From the human T2T-CHM13v2.0 reference genome, Homo sapiens, in the NCBI RefSeq assembly GCF_009914755.1, contig NC_060946.1: 64,000 bases of DNA; one strand, 5' to 3'. The position numbers and the translations under genes were made by a program. Under the pieces are notes generated by a model. It was given only the letters and a program-made list of their open reading frames with translations. It made no database searches and was not told where the DNA came from. Positions within the stretch are counted from its first letter, which is position 1; each line of letters starts with the position of its first letter. This document shows, piece by piece, positions 15,521 to 29,229 of this stretch.

Positions 15521-16037
15521 AAACATATCCAACAAAGGTTTCTGTCTCAAGAATATATGAAGAACTCACACTATGCAAAAATTTAAAAATATGAAAAATG
15601 AAAAAAGAATTGAACATACTTATTAGTAAAGAAAATATATCGATGGCAAATAAACACATGAAAAGATATTCAACATCATTAGTCATTAAGGAAATGAAAA
15701 TGAAAACTGCAATGAGATACTACCACCACAAGCCCAGTAGAATGGCTTAAATTTGAAAACCTGATTATCCCAAGTATTGGCAAGGATGTTAAGTGGTTGA
15801 GACTCATACGCTACTAATGGAAATGCAAAATAAAACAGCCAATTTGGATAACTATTAGGTAGTTCTTTAAGCAGTTACACATCCACCTGCCATATATATA
15901 ACAATTTCACTCCTAGGTATTTACCTAAGAGAAGTGAAAACATTCACCCTCACAAAAACTTGGGCAAAAGTCCTTGTAGCAGCTTTATTTGTAGTAACCC
16001 AAAAGCGGGAGCACCCTGAATGCCCAACAATAGGTGA

Positions 16038-16529
<492 letters not shown>

Positions 16530-16914
16530 TAAAATGTAAGCACTTCCAAAGGTAAGTGCTGAGGTCTTTTTAGACCCACCTTTGTAATCATCACACCCAG
16601 AGTCCATATCTTCATACTGATTGAGGGATTCAGTCTCATTTCCACAGATTTGTGTAGTTTTAAGGAATATACCATATACCTTAAGAATATAAATAAATAT
16701 GGTTACTTACTTATCTTCACATCTCAAGCTTCATACCTTTGCAAAATGGGGAAAAAGGGGGGCTCTTTGACCACACTCAGGGATTTGGGCTTGGGAAATA
16801 TGGTCAGTAGGCTTGATTTGGTTTCCTACCCTACCTTCTCTTGGTGTGTCTTTTTATTCATTTTGGATTCCCAGGAGCATGATGCTATCTCTTCTCTTTG
16901 ACTTTATTTAAGGA

Positions 16915-17130
16915 GAGGTAGTGTATTCCTAAATTATAAGAAAATATGGATTCAAAACTTAGTTCTTCTACTTACTAGCTGTGTGACCTTGAGCAGATTA
17001 CTTAACCTCTCTGTACCTGTTTCCTCATTTGGAAAATGGGAATAAGCAGAGTACTACCCCCTGGAGCTGTTGAAAGCATGCAAAGCTCTTAACATTGGGC
17101 CCACCCTAAGTGGACAACAAATATTTGTTA
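16915..17130 (+). mobile_element. MIR
   Basis: ACTAGCTGTGTGACCTTGAGCAGATTACTTAACCTCTCTG core. Confidence 0.8.
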
Positions 17131-17470
17131 TTCTTAGTACATGAACCCAGTTTCAGGAGAGGGTCTGAAGGTCGGATTCATCTTATCACTCAGTGTTATA
17201 ATGGTCACTCTCAATAGATGACCACCCAGACAGAGGTTGCATTTTAATATGGTCTTGTTACAGAAAATAGATTCTAACTGGGATTTGGGGCATGATTAAA
17301 TTGGTCTGGGGTAGAGGAAGGGCTGGGAGAAGGGCATTATTGTCTAGGACCAAATTGTGTCCTCATGACAATGAAGACTATATGAGAGACTCATTAAAAT
17401 CAGCATTTTTTGCTAAAATAGAATAAAAATATAAAGAGTTTTAATAAAAAATTTAAAAATTTGCATCTTC

Positions 17471-17610
17471 GAGCCAGGATCACTGGCGTGCCCCTGTAAT
17501 CCCAGCTACTCGGGAGGCTGAGGTGGGAGGATCACTTGAGCCCAGGAGTTCGAGACCAGCCTGGGCAACACAGCAAGACCTGTCTCAAAGAAAAATAAAC
17601 AAAATAAACA
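17471..17610 (+). mobile_element. FLAM-type Alu monomer
   Basis: Single arm ...GAGCCCAGGAGTTCGAGACCAGCCTGGGCAAC followed by an A-rich tail. Confidence 0.82.
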
Positions 17611-18587
17611 AAACCAGCATCTCTGAGGGGCAGCCTGGGAATCCACATTTTAAGAAACTCTCCAGACAATTCTCATTTCCAAGAAAGTTTCAGAATCCCA
17701 GTCTAAGGCATATATATCAGAATGTATTTTTTTTTCACTATCTCTTGCTATGACATTCTTGTATTTCTCTCTCCTCAATTTCTTTTTCCTACTTTTGTGT
17801 ATGTTTGGGCAAGGGGTGGCGGTGGGGGGGGGGGATTGACCCAAAAAGTCCTTAATTACCTGAAAATTTTTTTTCTTATTTTGTTCTTTTTAGGACTTGT
17901 ATAGCTGCATTTTAAAAAATTGTTATACCTTGGCAATAATATATATGTAGAATTGTATATTCTGCATCAATTAACATTATGCCATATGTATTATCTCATC
18001 CTGATACATTTTGTCTCAGGCCTTCTCTTCCTCACCTCTTGCTTCTGCATTCAGGTAACTACTCAGTGTGGACAGATAGATGCATGCCTGTGTCCATGTT
18101 CATACCATCCTACTCAAATATAGACAGATTGCATGTTTGAAAATTTGACATATTTTGGTTTCTCTTACTGTATGTATTTTATAAGCACTCTGGTATATTT
18201 TTCTTGAAAGCTAAATGAATGAATAAACAAAACTAAAAGAGATATGGTTGGCCTATGCCTGTGCTTAAAGCTTCACATGAGATTTCTATAGTGGAGAAAG
18301 TTGCTTTACATTAATGAGGATCATATTTACTCTTTTAGTCTTACCTGCAATTATTGGGTGAACTCAGGTCTCTTTAGTTCATTACCCCATTAGTGCCTGT
18401 CAATAACGGAGAATGTGCCTGAAATGCTCAAGTGGCTGGGAGCTTTGGAAATCTCATCTCTTCTAACGGAGGGCAGCTCTGGCTTGTGCAGTGGGGAGCT
18501 TGGATCCTGGTCCTGTGGGTCACTGCAACTCGGGTCTCTCCCTGAGCCTTAATTTCCCCAACTGTAAAAGATAGCTATTAGGCTAAA

Positions 18588-18775
18588 GCAGTATTTCTTT
18601 CAATTTGCCCTGTGGGCCATCTGCTTCAAAATCACTCACACACGATTTAAAATGCAGATCCCCAGAGCACACTCTAGACCTATTGAATCACAATCTGGGG
18701 TGGGGCCCAGGAACCTTCATGCTTAACAAGTCTCACAGGTGGTTCTTATGGATTATTACAGGCTGAGCATCACAG
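18588..18775. mobile_element. MER5-family MITE (degenerate)
   Basis: AAAATGCAGATCCCCAG...GAATCA.AATCTGGGGTGGGGCCCAGGAA...TTAACAAG. Confidence 0.65.
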
Positions 18776-19384
18776 TTTTGTGGTTAAATATTCTGTGTGG
18801 TTGAACTCCAAACTCCTTTCTATTCTTTGTCAGGCAGAAAGCGATTGACCTGGGCTGGTTAGCCTGGTTCTCATCTCCATGCTCAAAAGCTATGTCAGGC
18901 TCCTGGGAAGGGATGCTATTGATACCTGGCTACTTGCCTAGCTGCTGTGGCCTCCCACAGGTCATGGACAGGAGCCACAGCAACCACAGCTGGCCTGCCC
19001 CATAATAGCTCAGACCTCAGGAGGGCACTCCAGCATTGACTGGGCATCCAGTCTACAGAGGGTACACTGGGATCTGTCAAGCCTCCTCTTACAGTCCTTA
19101 GGGGGACATGCCTTTCTTCCCAGAGCCTGAGATTAAAGCTGAAATCCTAAGCATCCAACATATATCAGGAACCCAGTGCAAGTTTAATGAATGCATACAG
19201 AATACCGAGTGAGTGGTGTACTCTGGGGTGGATAAAATAAGGAGTGTGGGGTGGGATCTTATGTGCAAGCCAGATAGTGGTGGCCAATAAATACTTGTTG
19301 AGCAAATGTATGTCACTAAGTGAAATTCAAATACCTGGTGCATAGTAGGTATTATAAATGCAGCTATAGTAAGTCAATTTAATA

Positions 19385-19872
19385 TCTGCCCCTGCTTATC
19401 CCCCATATGCCTTCAGCCCTTAACATTGCATTGTGCTGACCCCTAACTGTTATATTTACATGTCTTTGGCTGAAGGCCTTCTCTACTGCCTGCAAGCACG
19501 GCAGCCCGGAAATCCTCAGGAATTGGCTCATGACCTCCAGCAGTCCTGGAACCAAGAAGTGATTGAAGTTGGTGTATAAATACCCCAGCTCCCTCACTCC
19601 TCAGAAGGATAACTCTGAAACAAACACACTATACCATCTGTAGGAGTCCCCCAGTGGAGTGGAGCCCCAGATGCTCATGGAGGCCATTTGCTTGATAACA
19701 CGCACTGTCTTTGGCTCCCGTCCTGTTTTCTCTCTCACTTCTCCACTCCCCTACTGATATTTTCCAAGATCACCTCCCAAATCAACCACTTGCACTCAAG
19801 TGGTCAGCTTAGGTCAGCTGCTGAGGGACCCATGCTAGCCTTAGGGTCAGCTGCTGAGGGACCCATGCTAGC
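19385..19872 (+). mobile_element. LTR16-like ERVL LTR
   Basis: GGTGTATAAATACCCCAGCTCCCTCAC...ATAACTCTGA...ATCACCTCCCAAAT.AACCACTTGCACTCAA. Confidence 0.7.
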
Positions 19873-20154
19873 ATGACTGTTGAATTAATGAAGGACTAAA
19901 GATTTAATGAACAGAGGTGGAGGGCTAGCATACTATATGCTTAAAACATAGGAAGCCTTTGTGGGAGGTTACTGAATGAATAGCATTCAACAAATGCGTA
20001 GAGTTCAAGGTAGATCCCTATAAATCTTGTACTTGAATTTCTGGTACAAAAAAAATGCGTTTTGAAAAAGTGAATGAATGAATGGTCATTGAAAAGAGTC
20101 AAAGGCTAGAAGTTTATGCTTTGGTACATAGTGTTCAATAAATGCTTTTTGTAT

Positions 20155-20277
20155 GGATAGGGAAGAAAAAAGGAGGGAAGGAAGGAAAGAAGGGAGAAAG
20201 GGAGGAAGGAGGGAATGAAGGAAGGAAGGGAGGGAGGGAGGGAGGGAGGGGGGAGGGAGGGAGGAAAGGGAAGAAGG
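20155..20277. repeat. (GGAA/GGGA)n purine-rich tract
   Basis: Direct reading. Confidence 0.9.
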
Positions 20278-21439
20278 TGTCTCAGAGGCTTGGGGCTTGA
20301 AGTAGCCAGGCACTGAGCATTCATGAAGTGGCCTATAAAACCCCCCATGGTCTGGTCCTTGCTCAGACCACAGGTTCCCCTTGCACCACTCATTCCCTTT
20401 TTCATAACACTTCACATCAGCCTCCTTTCAGCTCCAAATCTTTACAAATTCTGTTTCCTTGGTCAGGAATGGTCTCTTTTTAAGATGTGTCTCCTTACAC
20501 TTAACTAAGTCTCAGCCAAGAATTTGCTTCCTCTAGGAAGCCCTCCCAGAGTTCTCCATTATGTCACACGTATATGTAACTATAATACCTCCTGTATCAC
20601 CTGGTATTTCTCACTTATGTAATTAGCTGCTTAATGGCTGACTCTTCCCAGTGGAATGAAAACTCTCTTCCATGTTCTCGGGGCTCATCACGGCACCTGG
20701 CACATAGTAAGTGCTCAATAAATATTTGATGAAGGCTCAAGTGAGTGATGCAGCCATAGTGCCTGGTCTGGCTTTAACCTTAGATCTAGGGCTTTCCTGG
20801 GAAGAGCCGGGCTTCCAGAAACTTTCATCTACAGGCATGCTGTTCCCACTCCCACAGCACCCCAAACCAGCCAAATGGCAAAATGCACCCAAAATCTGGG
20901 AAAAGCCTTCAACAAATCATCTTAGAATAGTTACAGCTTCTGTCCCAGCCAGCACTGTCACAGGCAGCTTAATTATGGTCATTAGGACCCACATTAAAAC
21001 ATGATTATAACATAAAATTGAAATTAGCTGTATAACACATCCAAATTTTTCGGTATGCTTATTGATTTTCCTCCTCTATTAATCAGAGGGCTACAGTAAA
21101 TTCAGATAGATCTGGTATAATTAAAACCGAGCCTGTAAATTCCAGTGAAAACTCTAATTAGCATCTGTCTTTTGTTAAGGATAGCGAGGTGGGAATGTAT
21201 ATTTTTCCGCGAAACATAATCAGGGCTTTCATGTTTCTTTCCTGGATCTTTGGTGGGGCAGGTTGTCATTCCTTTTTAAGAGGAATTTAAAATTGGTTTG
21301 AAAAAAGATGCAAGTCATAAAGACATCTAAGAGATGCCAAAATAAGAAGTGGTTGGTTAAAAGAAAAATGATTAGTCGAACCGGGTGATTGGAGGCATGT
21401 GGATGAAACAACCAATTGAATTGTTCTCTTTTCAGTATG

Positions 21440-21630
21440 GTGGAGTGGCTTTGAAATCAGACAACTTTGAGTTCAAGTCTGAACTCTGCTATTTACTACC
21501 TAGGTGATATTGAAAAAGTGCTGTTTTACCTAGCTGAGCCTCAGTTTCCTCATCTGTGAAATGGGGATAATGATAGAACCTACCCCATAAGGTATTTGGA
21601 AGGATTAATGAGATTACAGTTTTTTCAGCT
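21440..21630 (+). mobile_element. MIR
   Basis: CTGAGCCTCAGTTTCCTCATCTGTGAAATGGGGATAATGATAG core. Confidence 0.82.
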
Positions 21631-21661
21631 TGTAGTAAAATATTGATAATTAGGAGTTGCT

Positions 21662-21745
21662 ACCATCTTCATCATCATCACCACCATCATCCACACCACC
21701 ACCATCATCTTCATCACTATTTACATCATCATTATTATTTTCATC
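21662..21745. repeat. (CAT/CAC)n low-complexity repeat
   Basis: Direct reading. Confidence 0.85.
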
Positions 21746-22234
21746 TAATAAAGAGAAAACTCAATGCTTGTCATGGCTTTAATGAGCTTCATGGCATAGT
21801 GAAAACATGACTTTGAATTCAGGTAGCCTTCCACTCTGTGCCACTCATAAGCTATGTGACCTCATACAAGTCATTATATTTCTCTAAATCTGTTTTCTCA
21901 TTTGTAAAATGAGCACAGCTTTCAAGAGGATGTTGAAGAAGTAATGAGGAATGTTGATTATGCCTGGCATGGAACAAGTCATTTAACCAATGTTGACCCC
22001 CCTCTCCCATATCCAGTCCTGTATCCTCAACAGACTGCTTAGTTGGTGGTATATCTCAGGCAAGTACAGAATATAAAATAGTCTCTGGGTTTCTAATCAC
22101 CAGATGTCTTTAAGAGGCATCCTGTTGGCTTTTCAGTACTGCCTCCTATAAGGCCAGTGTTCCATTGTCATGGCTTTAGTTGCTGGGGAGTATTTATGTC
22201 ATCATAGAAGGGATTGTAGAGCTCATCACACATT

Positions 22235-22562
22235 CCACCTGCTCCCCTGCATTTCTCAGCTTTCTCTGTGGCCAGAGTGAGGTTGTGTGACTACTTCTAT
22301 CCAATAGACTATGGACACAAACATGGCATTTCCATTTGGAGAGAGGGAAAGAGCAGTGGTCAGAAAGCCATCACTAGAGATAACAAAACTGCAGAATGGG
22401 AGTGACAGATTATCAAGTCACTGCAGGGAAGACGGTTGTCCTGGAAAGCAGCTGAAATTCCACAGGACTTTTGTGAGCGAAAAATAAACCATTGTTGCAT
22501 TAAGCAACTCCAGTTTTGAAGTTTGTTACAGCGGCATACGCTAACCTATACTGATTAAAACA
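22235..22562 (+). mobile_element. Old MLT1 (J/H-type) MaLR LTR fragment
   Basis: CATTTCTCAGC...TGTGTGACTACTTCTATCCAAT...AAATAAACC..TGTTGCATTAAG...TTTGTTACAGCGGCATA. Confidence 0.6.
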
Positions 22563-23444
22563 ATGATGATCAATCAAGTCCATTTATCTGATTGTGGTTC
22601 TTGCTCTGAATGCATTAGTGGGTTGGTGGATACTGCCCTCTCAGGGGCTGATGGACTTACTTCCAGAGCAGATTTTGGGTAGAGCAGATGGAACCTGGAA
22701 CTCCTGAGTCCAGAGATCTGTCATGACACTCGTGCCCTTTTATGCAATCTGAAGCTGTTCCCTTACAGTTCACATGCCTTAAATAGCTGAGAGGAAGGAA
22801 TGTGGACAGCCCAAACATCAGGGGCCTCAACTGGCTCCTTTACAGTCACATAGTCCCCCTGGGCATATTGGGGTGCCCAGTGGAATTAATATGTGGAATA
22901 CCATGGGCATCTATTGTTTTCCCTGACCAGAATCCACACTCACCTTTATTTGGATACCAGCACCTTAATTTTGTTTTGAAAACCACTGATTGGATGCAAG
23001 CTTGGTGGGCTTTTCAATCAAAAGGCACCATCCTCATTTTCCCAAAAGGGGGCACATGACTCAGCCTCAGTAGTGATTCATGCCAAAGTGCAGCCACTTC
23101 GAAGAAGTGGGGAGGGTCCCTGCTTCCTAGATCCTCAGAACTGGTTTGGTGCTCTCCCAGGTTCAACTCCCTTTGGTCTGTGAGATACTCCTATCTTTCT
23201 AACACAGCCCTCCAACCCTTTTCTGGCTAAATGTAGTCAGCCTCAGTTCCTTTCCACCAAAGAACCCTAAGAAATGTATAGTCATGAAGGTCATCCCATG
23301 TCAACAAAGCCCCTGTCATACGCTGGTGCCTTGCTGCACTCTGTTGTCTCATTATTCTAACCTTGGAATGTATTTTATGTCTGATGTAAACATAATCATA
23401 AACGAAGTCAACATAACTCAGTAGATAAGGAAGATGTAGTTTTA

Positions 23445-23760
23445 TGTATTCACTCGACAAACATACTGTGATTGCCAACTATAAGCAAATGCACTTCTAG
23501 GTACTAAGAATAAAGCAACAAATGAAACAGATTTAAAAAAAAACACCGCCCTCATGCAACTGACATTCTAGTTGGAAGAAGCAGACATAAACAGCGCAAA
23601 TAAGTAACAATATAATATTCAGATGCTGAGACGTGCAATGGGGAAATAAAACAGCGCAGGAGGACGGAGAGAACATGGAACAGGAGCTGGGGGCAGATGA
23701 AGAGGCATCGCAATTTTAAACTCCTTGTTCAGGGAAGACCTTGCAGAGATTCGAGCAAAA
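23445..23760 (-). mobile_element. L2 3' fragment
   Basis: ATTCACTCGACAAACATACT...CCCTCATG.AACTGACATTCTAGT..GAAG..GCAGACA. Confidence 0.7.
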
Positions 23761-24130
23761 CCTGGATAATAGAGTTGTGTGTTCTCTTGCTCATGTCTCC
23801 AAATTCCATTTTGCAGGTGATTCGGTTTATAGGGTTGTTGTGGGAACAGGATCTGACACTTAATAAGTACGCAATAAATATCATCTGGAAAACGAGCTCG
23901 AAGGAGCCGCCATTCAGATGCCAAGTCAGCTCTGGGTGTGTGGGGAGCGTCAGTGCTCACCCTCCAATCCCAAGCTGTCACACCGAGGCTGCTGCATCTC
24001 AGAGGCCCCATGCAGAGCACCTTCTCCTTCAGGTCCTGGGAACTGCTAAGGCTGAGGCCTCAGAAGTTGTTGGGCCTTCAGATCACCAGACCCTGACCCA
24101 GACTGCTCTAATTAGGGACATCCAACAGAG

Positions 24131-24640
24131 ATGGGGGCAGGTGGGGAGAGAGAGAGGGAAAGAGAAAAGTGGGGAGAGGAAGAGAAAGAGGAAAGAGAGG
24201 GAGGAGAGGGAGAGGAAAGTGAGACAGAGAAAGAGGAAGGAGGGGAGAAGAGAGAGGGAGAGAAAGGAGAAATAGGAGGAAGAGAGAGAGAAAAAAGAGA
24301 TGGTGGAGAGAGAAGAAAGAGAAAGAGGGGGAGAGAGGAGACAGAGAGATAAAGAAAGGGAGAGAGAGGTGAGAGACAGACAGAGGAAGAGAGAAGAGAG
24401 AGGGGAAGAGAGAGGAAAGAGGGAGGAAGGGAAGTAAGAGAGAGTGGAAGAGAGAGGGAGGAAAGAGAAGAGGAGAGAGGGAAGGAGGGGGAGAGAGCAA
24501 AGAGGGAGAGAGAAAGTAGAAAGAGGTAAGAAAAGAGAGAGAAAAGAGAAAGAGGGATAGAGGAAGAAGGAAAGGGGGAGATGGAGGAAGAAGAAGGAGA
24601 GGAAGTAGAGGGAAGGAGGGAGGGAGAGAGAACAGAAAAG
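24131..24640. repeat. ~500-bp GA-rich polypurine low-complexity tract
   Basis: Almost exclusively A/G on the + strand. Confidence 0.95.
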
Positions 24641-25180
24641 CAGTGCACTAGGAGGTAGGGGATTGTAACTCATTGGAGAGAAGCAGGTAGAACTGTGGGG
24701 CCTCTGAAGTGGGTTAGTGGCTTTGACCCAGGTGGCTAGGGTACAGTTCCTCCAACATCTCCAGCTCCTCCCTGCTGCCCTATCCTGACTACATTCAAGA
24801 AATGGTCCAGGGCATGGATTTGGGATATAGGTGAACCTGGGTTCTCCTGGGTTCGAACCCCATCTCTGCCATTGCCTGGACAGGTGAACTTGAGCAATCC
24901 CACCACTCTTTCATTCTCAACTGAATAATATCAACTTCACAGGTTAAAGTGAGGATCATGATGTGGTTTACGGAAGGCATGCTGGCATGTGCCAAGCACA
25001 CAAGGGGTGCTTAGTCAACATTCGATGCTGCTGTTATCACTCTAACCAGGTTTGGGGATTAGCTCTGTCCTGGCTCTGGGTCCTTGGACTCTGGGGTGAA
25101 CTCAGCCCCTGAGGAGATTCCTGGTCTCTGAAACTTTCATGCAAAGCCATGGTTATGGTTCTGAACAGGAACTTTCTGTG

Positions 25181-25356
25181 CAGTGGTTCTTAGTCCCAGC
25201 TGCACACCGGAATCACCTTGGAACTTTAAAAAAATACAGATCCTGGGCCCACACCCAGAGAATCTCACATAATTAACTCAGGGTGCAACCTGGGCATCCG
25301 AATTTCTAAAAGCTCCATGGATGATTCCAAGATGCAACCAAAGTTGAGAAGCACTG
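25181..25356. mobile_element. MER5B-like MITE
   Basis: TIRs CAGTGGTTCT ... GAGAAGCACTG; internal GGCCC.CACCCAGAGA.TCT. Confidence 0.78.
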
Positions 25357-26574
25357 TCTAGGGCTTTGATTTAATCTTCCATATTTATTCCTAAAGAAGG
25401 AGATATACCCAGACACCATTTCCTTAGGCAGCCACACAGACCACTGGATTATTAATTTTTTTCAAATTTGGTTCCAGAAACATTTGTTAAGCATCTACTA
25501 TGTTCCTGGAACATTGTTAGCCACTGAATAAGCACTGTTCCTGTCCTCAAGCAGCTTGAAGTCTGGGTGGCCATACAGTGAGTAAACACAGTGCTTGAGA
25601 AGGCCACAGGAGCGGTGAGGAAAGAAACATCACCCAAATGCAGGAATACGTTGGAAAGAAGTGGGTGCAGGGTCACACCTAAAGCACAACGTGGAAAAAT
25701 GAGTAGCAGTCTTCTCTAGTAGAGAGGTAGGGGGAAGGTGGATAGCCCATGCTGTTCAGGGTTGAACAGCATGAACAAATGTGGGTTGGTGAAGAACTTC
25801 TAGGGAGAAGGGACAAAATGAGGAGGGAAGTTGCCTATAGGCAGGACTATATAGCAAAGGGTGAAAGGGTAGGAGAGGAATCCAGGTAGCAAAGGTCTTA
25901 CAGCCAGGCTTAGATCTGTGGGGTTCATATTATGGGAACTGGGGAGCCATGGAAGGCTGTAGGTTAAGGGGAAGCCTTTATCCTGTGCTTAAGACTTCAG
26001 GGTGTGGCTGCTGTTAAGTGCTGGAGTGTGGGGCATCTGAAGAAGAAAACGTCTGTGCTTGGCAATTTCCTCTCAAGTAATTTTATTCCATTCCCTTCCA
26101 TCATGCAGAAACCTGAAGTTATCCTGAGAACAAACGTCACTGCCATGGAAACAGTAAGAGAAACAAACAATGCGTGCACTGTATAAAATTGTACATAAAG
26201 GCTGTTTATTTTTCATGCCATTATTTTAATAGGTGGGGATGGCAGTGATGGGCTGGAGGAACAGCAGGCTTTAATGGTGCCGCTAATGTTGCCTATTCTT
26301 AAAATGACTTGAAATGCTCACAGACATTCAGCCATTGGCACTTAGATCATGTCTCTGGCTGGGAACTCCCGCTGGTTTCGAGTCTCACTGCCGGGAAGCA
26401 TCACCTGTTCCTGGAACTGAAAGGCAGTATGGCCAAGCGGTTATAGACTCAAGCCAGAGGTCAGACAGCCCTGGGTTCCAGTCCTACTTCTGTCACACTT
26501 ACCGATTGATGACTGTTGGCAAATTTCATCACCCCTCCAAGCCTCTGTTTACTCATCTGCGAAGTGGAAATATA

Positions 26575-27010
26575 GTCATTCGTTTATTCCTTCATTTGAA
26601 AGTTAACAAGGCTTCACTGAAAACTTGCTATGTGCTTTGTTCTAAGGGTCCTGGCATCCACTGAGCTTAAAGTCTAGTGGGAGAACAGAGATAATATACC
26701 TGCAAACACATAAATAAGAGACATAATTGTAGATAGTGATAGAGGCTAAGAAAGATTTAAAGCCAAGGTTGTTCTCTCTGATGAGATGCCAGTCTAGCTG
26801 GCCACAGAAAGAGGAGGAAGAGCCAGCTGCTTATATATCAGAAGGAAAGGCCTTCCAGGCAGGGACACGGCAAGAGGAAAGTCCTAGACAGATCTAAGAT
26901 TAGAATCCTTGCAGCTGGGGTTTTATAAAAGGAGGTACAAGATAAGGCCAAACAGGGAGGAGAGACCAGATCAGAAGGGTCCTACAGGATAAGGTAGGAG
27001 TTTGGGTTAT
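26575..27010 (-). mobile_element. L2 fragment
   Basis: GAGCTTAAAGTCTAGTGGGAG...TTCCAGGCAGGG.CAC.GCAAG..GAAAGTCC. Confidence 0.65.
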
Positions 27011-29229
27011 AATAATACTAACCTTCTAGAGTGGTTGTAAGGATTACATGAAATCTCAAGTGGTAAACTCTAAGCAGCTGCTTAAAAAAATGTCAGCTTT
27101 TACTTTCATCAAGACAACTGTAGCAGAACTCATCATCTCTTGGGTCCAGTTGCTGACATCATAGAATTATTGAATTTCAGAAGTGAGAGATCATTTTTCC
27201 TAATTTTTCATATGGGTGAATTAAGGGCAAGGGACTTACAGAAGTCACACAGGAGTTAGTGGTGGAGGCTCTGGGCTTTCCAATTTCTGCCCGCTGTCCA
27301 TTGAGTTCTTGAACTCAAGCCCATGCCATGATCTCTATGGGGAAATTCCTTGGCTTCTGTTTCTGCTGGGTGGTACTTCCTTCTAGGGGACAGTGTAGGG
27401 TCATGAAAAACCACAGACCTGGTGCTGCGAGTGTGTGGCTTCTCCCTGTGAGCCTCAGAGTGTCCACAGACATTAGTCCTTCTTCCCTCCTCCTGACACA
27501 GAGGCTGTGTCTGTCCTCCTGTATCCTCCTCGGCACAGAAGCTGGGCGTTGGCTGGGGAGCTGAGAGAAAGGACAGGCTATTGATCAGTAGGGACCTGAC
27601 CCAGTATGGCCTTTTCAATATTCCATACTAAGAGAGTGGTGAGATTTGAGAGGAAGTCAAAGGGCTGGAGAATGTTCCTGTAATTGAACAGAGCAGTGCT
27701 GCCTTAGTTAATTTCGAGTGAGGAGGCTCACACAAAAAATGGGTCAGATTGACCAAGCCCCTGATGGGTTTGGAAGTTTTACTTATTCTGCACCCTTAAC
27801 CCCAGCTGGGCTTTCCTCTGGGTATAGACACCCATAAATACACATAATAAACCCTATGAGAGAAGAGATTTTTCTAGCATTTGGGTTCTATTTTTCATAT
27901 ACAATTTATATAATGCATGATCATTGCTCCTGTTTATTGAGCACCTACTACAGGCTGGACAATCAGTTCAGCAGTGAACATGCATCCCCTCTTTTACTTC
28001 CATAATAACCCTAGGAAGTAGTTATTAATAGTCTTCACCTTATACAGACAAGTAAATCCACATTTAAAAGTTAGTCACATAGGACAGAGTTCTGATATGT
28101 CTGATTCCAAATAAACCTGCTGATTCCAGAGGGTACATGAACTCATGGGGTCCCCAAACACAAAAGTCTTAGAATAACTCATAGATGTGTTCTGCTGTGC
28201 TGATGTGTGCTGCTGTGCTGATGCAGGCTGTTCTTTATGGACTGAAAAATGTATGTGTTACAGTTTATAATGCCAAAAGAGTGTATAAATATACACAGTA
28301 TCTTTAATTGATTTTTCTTCTCACCTTTGAGGCCCAAGAACATAACCCTTAGTCAGGAAAATCTCCCAGCTTGGTTTGCAGGAACTTGACTGTGGGGGCC
28401 CAATCCAATCCAATATGTTTGTCCCTCTCTTTCAGCCTCCTCCACGTTCCCGATGGTGCACTGGTTTTCTTTCCTGTCTGACCAACAAGCCTCTGGAGAG
28501 TGGCCACCATCTTACAGGCTCACTTTGTATTCTGTAAACTTTCAGTTGGAAAATAAACACACTGTCTCCCTGTCAAAGCTCTACCGTGCATGAGTATTTC
28601 TCAAGAGCCAGGGCGGATGGTAGAGACAGACCAAGCATTTCCAAGGAAACCAAAGGGGCATAATTGCTTCTTTCCAGGTAATGTGGATGCACTGGATGGG
28701 GTCGGCTGCGTCACAGTGGATCATTTTCTTGTTAGCGTCTGGCCAGAGTGATGTGAGTACCACGGGCTTCCTGAATGACGCTGCACAGGCCCATCTGCAA
28801 GTTACAAAGACCAAATTGAAAATAGATCATGGAGACACTGGTTGGATACTCTGCCTTCCCTTGAAAGATCCACGGTGGGTTTGTCCACTGAGACATACTA
28901 TTGCTGGGACTTTTTTGTTTCTTTTCATTTTCTTCTTATCTTTTAAGATGACTTTTTTTTGTATTTCATTTTTACCCCAAGACAAAAGATTTTTCTCTTT
29001 TTTTCTCTCAGTGATTAAAATCTTTCCATCAACCAGGTGTTCCTAAGGGGGATACATGATGCAAGGTCTGGCAGGGTGGGGGTGTGAATAAATGTGCATT
29101 GATGGAGAAAGTAGTCACTGAGCATAGGCTGTCTGATGACCTCAAAATCAAGCCCCTGATTAATCATAATCTGAGTAGACAAAGAAATGGGATCACAGAC
29201 ACATGACGACAATGACTTCCATTAATTGC

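Noticed and set aside
23697-24673. 130-196 aa ORFs over the GA tract
   Set aside because: Low-complexity artefacts of the polypurine repeat.
28183-28225. 18-bp tandem duplication GATGTGT(T/G)CTGCTGTGCT
   Set aside because: Ordinary slippage duplication with two copies only; not an array or CRISPR-like structure.
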